Below, one piece after another: positions 5,789 to 13,800 of a stretch of DNA of 16,895 nt. The notes beneath the pieces were generated by a model, which saw nothing but the letters and a program-made list of their open reading frames with translations, did no database searches and had not been told where the DNA came from. The stretch is taken from positions 1 through 16,895 of the forward strand of contig CAZNER010000030.1 in assembly GCA_964572065.1 (NCBI GenBank). Reading direction: 5' to 3'. Both the position numbers and the translations under genes were made by a program. Position 1 is the stretch's first letter. Each line of letters opens with the position of its first letter. The stretch comes from an uncultured Candidatus Saccharibacteria bacterium (GTDB lineage: Bacteria; Patescibacteriota; Dojkabacteria; JAHIVN01).

Positions 5789-6355
5789 ATGTATAAGAAG
5801 GCTTTAAAAGTTTTAAAAAGCGGTGGCATTATAACTTTCCCTTGTGATACTGTTATGGGAATTGGTTGCTCAATGAGTAATAGGAAAGCAATTAAAAGAT
5901 TGTATAATATAAAGAATAGGTCTTTTAGCCAGCCAACAGCTGTGTTAGTAGAAAACCAACAAATGGCAGGAACTTTAATAGGTGTTAAGATAGATAAATG
6001 TTTGAACAGCATTATGGAAAAATATTGGTCTGGTGCGCTTACTATTGTTGTTAAAGCTTCTGAAATTGTGCCTCAAGAGATTATGGGCCAAACAGATAAA
6101 GTCGGTATTAGAGTACCTAATTCCCCTCAATTACAGCAAATGATAGGCAAATTAGGATCACCATTGGTTGCGACATCAGCTAATTTCTTTGGAGAAGAGA
6201 CACCAATAAGGTATTCTCAAATAGATAAAGAATTTTTAAAGTTAGTTGATTATTCTATTAGAGAAGATAGTACAGGCATAAGTGCTTCTACTGTGATAAA
6301 GTATAAAGGAAATGGGAATTTGGAATATTTGAGGAAGGGATTGATAGAGGTTTAG
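5789..6355 (+). CDS. tsaC: L-threonylcarbamoyladenylate synthase, short TsaC/YrdC type (t6A tRNA modification)
   Basis: 188 aa with the YrdC-fold motifs: TFPCDTVMGIGC (compare YPTEAVFGVGC), K.R....P, W.GALT.VV and VGIRVP..P....I...G.PLVATSANF.G. Only 8 nt from the permease stop, so probably co-transcribed. Confidence 0.85.
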   Translation: MYKKALKVLKSGGIITFPCDTVMGIGCSMSNRKAIKRLYNIKNRSFSQPTAVLVENQQMAGTLIGVKIDKCLNSIMEKYWSGALTIVVKASEIVPQEIMGQTDKVGIRVPNSPQLQQMIGKLGSPLVATSANFFGEETPIRYSQIDKEFLKLVDYSIREDSTGISASTVIKYKGNGNLEYLRKGLIEV

Positions 6356-6520
6356 AGATAAAATGTTTGTTAGTAAAGATTAGAAAAAATTTTCTTCGCA
6401 TAATGGTTTTATTACATGTCTCGATTTACGAGTTTATGAAATTATACATTTTAATTAATGTAATGATTGTTATTAAATATATCCAGTTTATTATTAAATT
6501 ATATTTAAGTTTCTTCCTTT

Positions 6521-6624
6521 GTACTTTTGGCCGCAAAAGTACCAAAACTCGTGGGGTTGATTAAGTCCCACAGTAAACAATCTAATTGCCGTGAACATCC
6601 GGACGTAATCAACCCCACACCCCG
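6521..6624. repeat. family H composite structured element, copy 2
   Basis: Hairpin a is gtactttt / ggccgc / aaaagtac (6521-6542), 8 bp with a 6-nt loop. An 8-nt spacer follows. Hairpin b is gtggggttgatta (6551-6563) paired with taatcaaccccac (6606-6618), a 13-bp perfect stem closing a 42-nt loop, extendable by gtcc/ggac. The C-tract is then reiterated as a-cccc-g (6619-6624). Loop positions 9-19 read agtaaacaatc here and agtgaacaaac in copy 1, 9/11 identical in the same register. Confidence 0.6.
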
Positions 6625-6732
6625 ATGATATAACAATTATCAATCAGATTTTTTAACAAGAAAATATATAAAATATCCCGAACTATAATAATTTATTAGA
6701 CATTTTTTATAAACAAAAAGAGGAAGATAAAA

Positions 6733-6752
6733 AGGAATTAGAATGCGATTTC
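6733..6752 (+). terminator. hairpin, near-identical inverted copy of the tyrS terminator hairpin
   Basis: atgcgatt-tcct-gatcgcat is 8 bp including one U-G pair, followed by AAAAUAGUAUUU. The 29-nt string tagaatgcgatttcctgatcgcataaaat (6729-6757) matches the minus strand at 2962-2934 with 3 mismatches. Confidence 0.45.
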
Positions 6753-6779
6753 CTGATCGCATAAAATAGTATTTAAGTA

Positions 6780-6801
6780 ATGCGGTCTGAGACCGTATTT
6801 T
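6780..6801 (+). terminator. intrinsic terminator-like hairpin
   Basis: atgcggtc-tga-gaccgtat is 8 bp including one G-U pair, and is followed directly by UUU (A). Confidence 0.5.
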
Positions 6802-6818
6802 ACAGTGGTTTTATAAAG

Positions 6819-6847
6819 TTCACATCTTTCTCACTTTGTATTAAAAT
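6819..6847 (+). promoter_or_regulatory. sigma70-type promoter for the hydrolase gene
   Basis: TTCACA (6819-6824), a 17-nt spacer, TAAAAT (6842-6847), then 23 nt to ATG 6871. Confidence 0.45.
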
Positions 6848-6870
6848 GTGATTTTATATTAGTATTAGAT

Positions 6871-7695
6871 ATGAAAAAAGTAATTTTAGATAAAGCTAAA
6901 ATAGGTTATATTCATAAAGGTAAAAAGGGAAAACCTAAAATTTTGATGCTTCATGGTCTTTTTTCAAATTGCAGGTATTTTGATGAGACAATTAGTTTTA
7001 TTAAGAATGATTTTGAGATTATAGCCCCTGATTTTCCAGGTTTTGGCTTGTCTGATAAGTTGAAAACTGTATCTCATACTCTAGAATCCTATTCAGAATC
7101 AATAATACAATTATGTGATCACCTAGATTTTAAACCTTTTAATTTAATTGGAGCTTCACTTGGAGGTATGGTTGGGATAAAACTTGCTAGTGATTATGAT
7201 GAATATATTAGTAAAGTAATAATTCAAGCTGCCCCTTGGAATAAATCATGTATAAATATGAGAATTATTGAAAAAACTTTTGATTTTGCATCAAGAATGG
7301 AAAAATTGGTTAATGTAGTAGATGGTTTAAAAAATAGAATAAAAAAAGAAACTCTTACAAAAACCTTGAAGATGTTTAATAAGCATTATTATTCAATTGA
7401 AGAAAGAAACGGCTGTATATCATATAGTTTTAAAAGAATGAATCTCAAAGCTACATCACAGATTTGGAATAATTTAAAAGATGCCGAACTTTCTGAAAAA
7501 GCTAAAAGGATAGAAAAGAAGACTTTAGTTATTGCAGGAGATCATGATGAAATTGTGTTTCCTGAAAAGACGAAGATGTTAGCTGAATTTATAAAAGATT
7601 CAGAGTTCAGATTAATCAAAGGAATTGATTGTACACATGCATTATTTTTTGATCATCCAGACAAAATGGCTAGGCTGATTAAAAGTTTCTTTTAG
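6871..7695 (+). CDS. alpha/beta-fold hydrolase
   Basis: 274 aa with an HG oxyanion motif (MLHGLFSN), the nucleophile elbow GASLGG (G.S.G), an acid in AGDHDEIV and a His in CTHALFFDHP. This is a complete Ser-Asp-His triad pattern. Substrate unknown. Confidence 0.85.
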   Translation: MKKVILDKAKIGYIHKGKKGKPKILMLHGLFSNCRYFDETISFIKNDFEIIAPDFPGFGLSDKLKTVSHTLESYSESIIQLCDHLDFKPFNLIGASLGGMVGIKLASDYDEYISKVIIQAAPWNKSCINMRIIEKTFDFASRMEKLVNVVDGLKNRIKKETLTKTLKMFNKHYYSIEERNGCISYSFKRMNLKATSQIWNNLKDAELSEKAKRIEKKTLVIAGDHDEIVFPEKTKMLAEFIKDSEFRLIKGIDCTHALFFDHPDKMARLIKSFF

Positions 7696-8162
7696 TAATC
7701 AATTTTGTCTGATTTGTTTTTCCAAATTTTGAAAAGTTCTAGACATTCCTTATGGCAGAAATCTGGAATTGTTTTAAGTTTACGTTCCTCTTGGGCTTTT
7801 TTAAATTCATCATAGATGAATTGGTCATCAAAATCTATTTCAGCTGCTTCATATCTTGTACAACCATAGTATAATTTATCAATTCTAGCCCAATAAATTG
7901 CTGCAAGGCACATAGGACATGGTTCACAGGTAGAATAAATTTCGCAGCCGTCTAATTTAAAAGAATTGAGCTTTTTACAAGCCTTTCTTATAGCATTTAT
8001 CTCAGCATGAGCCGTAGGATCATTATCTTTTACTACAGTATTATTACCAAATGAAATTAATTTATCATTTTTAACAATGCAGGCTCCAAATGGTCCCTCT
8101 CCTACATTCTGTAGTCCTTTTTTGGCTTTCTTTATAGCTTGAAACATATATTTTTTATCCAT
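7692..8162 (-). CDS. guaD: guanine deaminase (CDA-fold, GuaD type)
   Basis: 156 aa with the zinc motifs HAE and PCPMC. The GPFGA.IVK, NDPTAHAE..AIRKACK, Y.(S/T)CEPCPMC..AIYWAR and FDD.FIY.E blocks match my recollection of Bacillus subtilis GuaD, which is also 156 aa. A TadA-like tRNA deaminase is less likely because of the FDD.FIY tail. Confidence 0.8.
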   Translation of the reverse strand: MDKKYMFQAIKKAKKGLQNVGEGPFGACIVKNDKLISFGNNTVVKDNDPTAHAEINAIRKACKKLNSFKLDGCEIYSTCEPCPMCLAAIYWARIDKLYYGCTRYEAAEIDFDDQFIYDEFKKAQEERKLKTIPDFCHKECLELFKIWKNKSDKIDY

Positions 8163-8179
8163 AATTATTTATTAAAATT

Positions 8180-10297
8180 TTAAAATCTTTTTTTATGCAT
8201 TATCCAAACTCCATTCCAGTTCTTTGTCTTTGTAATATTTGAATTTTCCAGTCTGTTTAAGAAAACTTTTACTGCAGGGTCCTTTTTTTCAAGTTTTCTG
8301 AAATCTTTTTCTGCTTGAGTCCATTTTCCATTTCTGTATTTTTTTAATGCATTTTCAAATTTATTGATATCATTAATTCTAACTTCACAGGTTTTGTATT
8401 GTCCAATGAGTTCATATATTTTTACTGGTGTCTTTCTTCCTTTTACTTGGACAGTATCCAATTCTCTAAAAACCAAGTTTTTCTTTCTGGGATTTTTAGG
8501 ATTGTATATTTTATTGTTAAATTTGAGTTGTTTATAAGTTGAATCTGAAATAATAATCGGAACTTTATATAATTTTGTAAGTTCTTCAAGCCTGCTGCCA
8601 AGATTTACACTATCGCCTAATACAGTATAGCTGAATTTTTCTTCAGATCCAATATTTCCGACTACCATTGATCCTGTATTAATTCCTATTCCCATATTGA
8701 AACTCTTTTTGTTTATCGTTTCTTCCTTTTTCCACTTGTTTAATTCTTTCATCATATTAATTGCAGTAATGCATGCATTATAAGCATGGTCTTTATCCTT
8801 AATTGGTGCTCCCCAAAATGCCATAATTTCATCTCCAATAAATTTATCAATATAGCCGTCATTGTCAAGAATTACATTTGACATGCTATTAAGGTATTTA
8901 TTAGTAAGATTAACCAATTTCTTAGCGGACATTTTTTCTGCTAATGAGGTGAATTTCCTAATATCTGAAAACAATACAGTCATTACTTTTGTTTCTCCGC
9001 CTAAGGAAAGTTTATCCTGGTCTTTAATGATTTCGTTTAGTACTTTTCTAGAAACATAGTGTTCAAATGCACCTCTAATATATAATTCTGATTGGGTATT
9101 GATATAGAAATTTATAACTAACTGGGTAATCCAAGCAGTGATACCTGCAAGAGGAAGATAAATTATATCCATTATCATTCCATTTGAGAACTGCCATATA
9201 GCAAATAGGATGTAAATATTAATAACTCCAAAGGTTATTATAGAACCAAATAGTGATTTCTGGAATCTCATTATAAAAACTATAATTGCTGAAACTATAA
9301 ATATGCCTAATATAACGTATTCGGGATCTTCACGATAAATAAAATTGCCGTTTTTTAATGTATATAAAGCGTTTGCCATTATTTCAGCTGAAGACATAAA
9401 TGATGAGCTTGTTGGCGTCAATTTATAATCCTGTGCTGTTTTTGCTGTTACACCTACGATAACGAGCTTGTCTTTCAGCGACTCAGGTATGACATCATAT
9501 TCTAAAAAATCTGCAACAGAAATTGTTTGAATTGTTCCAGGCGGACCTGCATAATTAATTATTAAATCATTTCCATTCTCTAATGGAATACCCGATGTAC
9601 CTGTTTCGCAGGGGTTTTTATATGACCTGCCTAGATATTTTTCATACATAACAAGAGGAAAACTTTTTCTGCAGCTGTCATCTCTATCATATTCATATAA
9701 TGGAGTTGATCTTATTTTTCCGTCTTTATCACTTCTTAGGTTTACAAAACCAAGTGTTGTGTTCTCGCTTTGCAGTTCTTCAGTTGGTTCAACATATCCT
9801 GACTGCCAGCTTGGATTTATAGCTGATGATAATATAACTGGTACGTCAGAATTAAATGATTCTGCTAAGGCTTGATCTTTGTCTGAGGGTTCGAAATAGG
9901 TGATGTTCCATCCAACTATTTTTACATTGAAATAGTTTAATTTTTCCTGTATTTTTGCCTGAATGTCCCTGTCCCATGGCCACCTGCCGTACTCTTGGAG
10001 GCTCTTGTCGTCTATTGCTATGATTAAAATTTCTGGATCACTTGTGTTTTTGTATAAAAGAGTGTCTGCAATAGAATCCTGAAGCCTGTCAAGCAAGTCG
10101 TAGTTGAAGAAAACAAGTATGATTAAGAAGACTATAACTGCAGTTAATACCTGCATAAACATAGGACCAAGTTTGCTGATTTTTTGTAGTAATCCTTGAT
10201 TTTTTTTTGCTTTAACAGGTCTTTTTTTGGGCTGTTTTTTTATAAAACTTAAAATATTCTTTTTCACATTGTGTATATTATAATGCAATTCTAACAA
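8180..10297 (-). CDS. CHASE2 sensor domain class III adenylate cyclase
   Basis: Domain order: Lys-rich N-terminus, one TM segment, an extracytoplasmic region of about 280 aa typical of CHASE2, three TM segments, then the cyclase homology domain. Catalytic residues are present: metal-binding Asp in LFSDIRKFT and IGDE, substrate Lys in IDKFIGD paired with Thr in SYTVLGDSVN (adenylate-type), and the Asn/Arg pair in VNLGSRLE. The C-terminal helical tail ends WNGVW. The track start is TTG at 10297. GTG at 10267 or ATG at 10162 are alternatives. Confidence 0.88.
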   Translation of the reverse strand: MLELHYNIHNVKKNILSFIKKQPKKRPVKAKKNQGLLQKISKLGPMFMQVLTAVIVFLIILVFFNYDLLDRLQDSIADTLLYKNTSDPEILIIAIDDKSLQEYGRWPWDRDIQAKIQEKLNYFNVKIVGWNITYFEPSDKDQALAESFNSDVPVILSSAINPSWQSGYVEPTEELQSENTTLGFVNLRSDKDGKIRSTPLYEYDRDDSCRKSFPLVMYEKYLGRSYKNPCETGTSGIPLENGNDLIINYAGPPGTIQTISVADFLEYDVIPESLKDKLVIVGVTAKTAQDYKLTPTSSSFMSSAEIMANALYTLKNGNFIYREDPEYVILGIFIVSAIIVFIMRFQKSLFGSIITFGVINIYILFAIWQFSNGMIMDIIYLPLAGITAWITQLVINFYINTQSELYIRGAFEHYVSRKVLNEIIKDQDKLSLGGETKVMTVLFSDIRKFTSLAEKMSAKKLVNLTNKYLNSMSNVILDNDGYIDKFIGDEIMAFWGAPIKDKDHAYNACITAINMMKELNKWKKEETINKKSFNMGIGINTGSMVVGNIGSEEKFSYTVLGDSVNLGSRLEELTKLYKVPIIISDSTYKQLKFNNKIYNPKNPRKKNLVFRELDTVQVKGRKTPVKIYELIGQYKTCEVRINDINKFENALKKYRNGKWTQAEKDFRKLEKKDPAVKVFLNRLENSNITKTKNWNGVWIMHKKRF

Positions 10298-10345
10298 GAT
10301 GCTTATCTATAATTATTCAATAAATATTGGTTTTGTTGATAAATT

Positions 10346-10747
10346 TTATCCTCCAATTACTATGTCAGGGAATCCTTCATCCTCCTCCTCATTATCTCCT
10401 TCATCAGGGGTTTCAGTTTCGTCTTGAGGTGGGGTATCAGCAGGAGGTGGTGTATCTGTTGGTTGTTCATCTTGGGGTGTTGTTGTAACAGCAGGTGTAT
10501 AATATATATAATTAGCTGGTTGAGTTGCATCTTCAGTAGGTTCATTTTCATTTTCTTTTGTTTCAGTATCTTCTTCAATTTCTACAACACCTACTTTAGT
10601 TTTTAAATCTTTTGAGAAAATTGGAGAATAGTATGATTCGTTACTTGCATTTGCTGTGTTTCGGATATTATCTTTGTAAACGAGCGAAAAAACAGAGTTG
10701 ATTAAAAATAATATAAGAATTGTAACAATTGTAATTCTAAGCTCCAT
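10346..10747 (-). CDS. small membrane-anchored protein with an acidic Pro/Thr-rich tail (133 aa)
   Basis: ATG start with a good promoter upstream. The N-terminal hydrophobic anchor is ITIVTILILFLINSVFSLV. The tail is low-complexity and acidic (..TPQDEQPTDTPPPADTPPQDETETPDEGDNEEEDEG..). No domain recognised. Confidence 0.7.
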   Translation of the reverse strand: MELRITIVTILILFLINSVFSLVYKDNIRNTANASNESYYSPIFSKDLKTKVGVVEIEEDTETKENENEPTEDATQPANYIYYTPAVTTTPQDEQPTDTPPPADTPPQDETETPDEGDNEEEDEGFPDIVIGG

Positions 10748-10792
10748 TAATGGTTATATAATTAATATATATACCGCAAAATATATATATTC

Positions 10793-10821
10793 ATTATACT
10801 AAAGTCGAAAATATTAGTCAA
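10793..10821 (-). promoter_or_regulatory. sigma70-type promoter for the 10747 gene (and probably cyclase and guaD)
   Basis: On the minus strand: TTGACT (10816-10821), a 17-nt spacer, then TATAAT (10793-10798). Confidence 0.6.
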
Positions 10822-10863
10822 ATAAGGCAAAAATCAGAGTTTTTTATGTAAGTTTTGTGCTAA

Positions 10864-13800
10864 TTATTTACTCTTTTTGTTTTTAAAGTACAAAAATATA
10901 CTAACTATTAAGATGAATACAAATGGCAAAATACACCAGAGAACATTAAATTGTTCTAAAAATGAACCGTATTTTATTACTGGAAAGTTTATATTATTAA
11001 TATTTTCATTTTCTTCAACTGTAATGAATATATAATTCCCCCATTCAAGTTCAGCATTATCCGGAAGATCTTCGAGATTAATTGTAAGTGAATATTCTCC
11101 TTGACACAATTCAGTTTCCCAGTATCCTTCATTATTTGTTTTTGCAGATGCTATTCTATCTCCGTTTTCACTTTCGTCAAAATAGACTTCAATTTGAATG
11201 TTATTTAAGCCTTTTTCGTCTTCATCCTTGTTATTATTCTTATTATCATCTATAAATACATATCCGGAAATTTTCGATTTCTTGCCGCAATCTACAATAC
11301 TTAGGACATTCTCTGATTCGTCTGTGTCATTATCATTAGATTCATCTGTCTCATCTTGATCATCTGCAGTATCAATAATATGTGGATAAAAAGTCAGTGT
11401 CATAGTTTCTGTAACTTTGTCTCCATCGACATCTGTGACTTTGATAGTGCAGGTATAAATTCCAGGTCTGGCTTTAATTGTTGTTTGAGGGTTACTGCCT
11501 TGGCAGATACCGCTCCATTCGTATGTATAAGGCTCATTTCCTCCTTCAACACTAGCTGTTAATGTAATAGGCACCCATGCATATACTTTATTAGATGGAT
11601 ATGCTGATATACTTACTGTTGGTTGTTTGTCTTCTACTTTTACTTTAAATATAGCAATACCGCTTTCATTGCTTCCATCTTCACTTTCAGCAACTTTAAT
11701 TGTTACTGTATAAATTCCATTGTAAATGTAAGTATGTGATGGTATTGAAAATTCGCCGGGTTCATTCATTACTGCAATAGTTTTGATACTAGTTCCATCT
11801 CCATAATCTATAGTAACAGTCCATGGTGCATCATCTGGATCATTTCCTGAACCTTCGATATAACTTGGATCAGTAAACGAAGCTGTAAGTTTATTTGTAC
11901 TCTGCCCTTCTATAATTTCTTGATCGGTTGGTGGTATAACATTCGGCTTGACATTATTTACAGTAAAAGTGGTTATGTAATTTTGGTCTCCAGTAGTGTC
12001 AGGATCGCTGTCACTTTGATTTGCAGGAGTAGATGAGTCCAGCAAATAGTATTCTAATTGGTAAACTCCATTCTGCAGCATTTGCGGGTATAGAGTAGTT
12101 AATTCTAAAGTCCAAGTGTACTCTACTCCATTTCCTGAAAGACATGTAAATACTCCGCCGTCTATTTCTACAATTTGGTAGCAAAGCTGATCTAAAGAAA
12201 TATCATCCTTACCGGTTATATCAACTTCTATATTATCTCCTTCATTATAGTTGGAATCCTCGAGTTCAGGTTCAATAAATGGTTTTGTATTATCAACTGT
12301 TATATTTATTGTTGTAGTATCTTCATGCCCTGCTAAATCAAGGGCATATAATTCGATTGTGTAAACGCCGTCGCCGAAATTTGGATCCTGCGAAATATAA
12401 GTTAATGTATTGAATTCATGTGTAAAAGATTGTGAAATTCCGTTAAATGTTTCAACTATATTACCCGGGTCACCATTAGGATAAATTGTAAGAGTATATT
12501 CATCAAAGTTGTCATCTATTATATTCCCATTTATAGAAATTGTTCCTCCAACAGTATCACCATCATGAGGATTAGTTATATTTGCATCTGGATCAATATT
12601 ATCAATAATGACTGTTATAATATCATCATTTTGATTTCCGGCTTCATCCTGTGCTGTAAGAGTTATAGTATGAAGTCCGTTTATGCCTGTTGTATCCCAG
12701 CTCATGATAGGTTGATTATTAAATGAATTTGGTTCTAGTATTAGACCAGTTCCTTCAACATAGTTTCCAATTCCGTCTTCTATAATTAATTCATAAGAAT
12801 AAGGGTTGTCATCTTCAACTGTACCTCGAATAGTGAAAATATCTGAAAGATAAAATTGTATTGGATAAGTAATCTCGACTGTAGGATGAGTATTGTCAAT
12901 GATTATATTTATTGAATCTTCTGCTGAATTTGTTGCTCTATCAACAGCTTCAAGATTTAAGACATATTCGCCATCTGGAAGAATTGTTGTATTGAAATCA
13001 GCAGAAACATTTGTATTTCCGCCGCTGGCAATAAATGTTATGTCTGATGGGTCACTTACTGGATGAATTGATAGTTCATAATTATCTAAATGCAGTTCAG
13101 TTATTGTTCCGGTTATATTTATAGTACCATTAACTACTTCATTATTGTTTGGCTGGGTAATTACCGGGACTGGATCAGTTATATCATAAGTAATATTTGT
13201 TGCATGCCCATCTGATTCAATATGTCCAAGAATATCAGTTGCAATTGCTCTTATATCATAGCTACCTTCATGTGGCGGATTTGATGCCGGCATTAAATCC
13301 GGATTCCAATTATATGTCCAGTCGAATGGATTATTTATTCCATCGCTATCTGTAAGTGTTTCTATTAATGTCCATGGATCAATGGTTCCTGTATTTCTAT
13401 AATAAATATCAACGTAAAGAAGTGTTGAATAATCCTCAGTTGTACCTTGTATTGGTATATCAGTATTCCAGTAAGTGTCATCCGCAGGTGATGTCAAAGT
13501 TGTTACTGGAGGATTTGTATCTAGAACAATTACATAGGTGTTACTTACTCCATTACTCCAATAAGATTCATTTCCTTCACTGTCTCTTGCTCTTACTCTT
13601 ATATAATACATTCCATCAGGTATTCCTAATGTAGAGATTTCTGAATTTGTTATCCATCCGCTTGAATCCCATACTAAATTTGAATAAGCAGTATCACCAT
13701 AAGCTTCAAACTGATATTCAAATGAAGGGAAGGTGCCGTCAGAATCTGTCCAATCTACCTCTGATGCACTTGTAGGGTAAAATGCTGTATTTGGCGGAGC

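Noticed and set aside
6367-6564. Track ORF of 65 aa (TTG start) in the tsaC-hydrolase gap.
   Set aside because: It has a non-ATG start and a hydrophobic I/L/K/F-rich composition typical of translated AT-rich non-coding DNA. Its 3' end runs into the GC-rich family H hairpins. I treat it as spurious.
6521-6624. The long GC-rich hairpin as SRP (4.5S) RNA, an RNase P fragment, tmRNA or a tRNA.
   Set aside because: By eye it lacks the SRP domain IV GGAA tetraloop and AGCA symmetric-loop motif, the RNase P GAGGAAAGUCC and ACAGAA motifs, and a T-loop GGTTCGAATC-like sequence. gtcccacagtaaaca only superficially resembles the RNase P CACAGAAA. A covariance-model scan would be needed to be certain.
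7692-10297. Cyclase plus deaminase as a cyclic-nucleotide antiphage module (Pycsar/CBASS-like).
   Set aside because: The cyclase is a canonical membrane CHASE2 class III adenylate cyclase with a Lys/Thr ATP-specificity pair. The neighbour closely resembles housekeeping GuaD. No effector-type domain (TIR, patatin, or a TM effector with a cNMP-binding domain) is present.
10741-10757. gctccattaatgg near the start of the 10747 gene resembles the family E hairpin arm (ggctccatt..aatggagcc).
   Set aside because: It overlaps the ATG-GAG-CTT start codons and a short ccattaatgg palindrome. None of the other family E blocks follow. Probably coincidental.
11960-13521. Tandem repeats in the giant gene as a CRISPR-like or DGR variable region.
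   Set aside because: The repeats are protein-domain repeats of about 290-335 nt, diverged at the DNA level and without spacers. No reverse transcriptase or template/variable repeat pair is visible in the window. A DGR located elsewhere cannot be excluded without the full genome.
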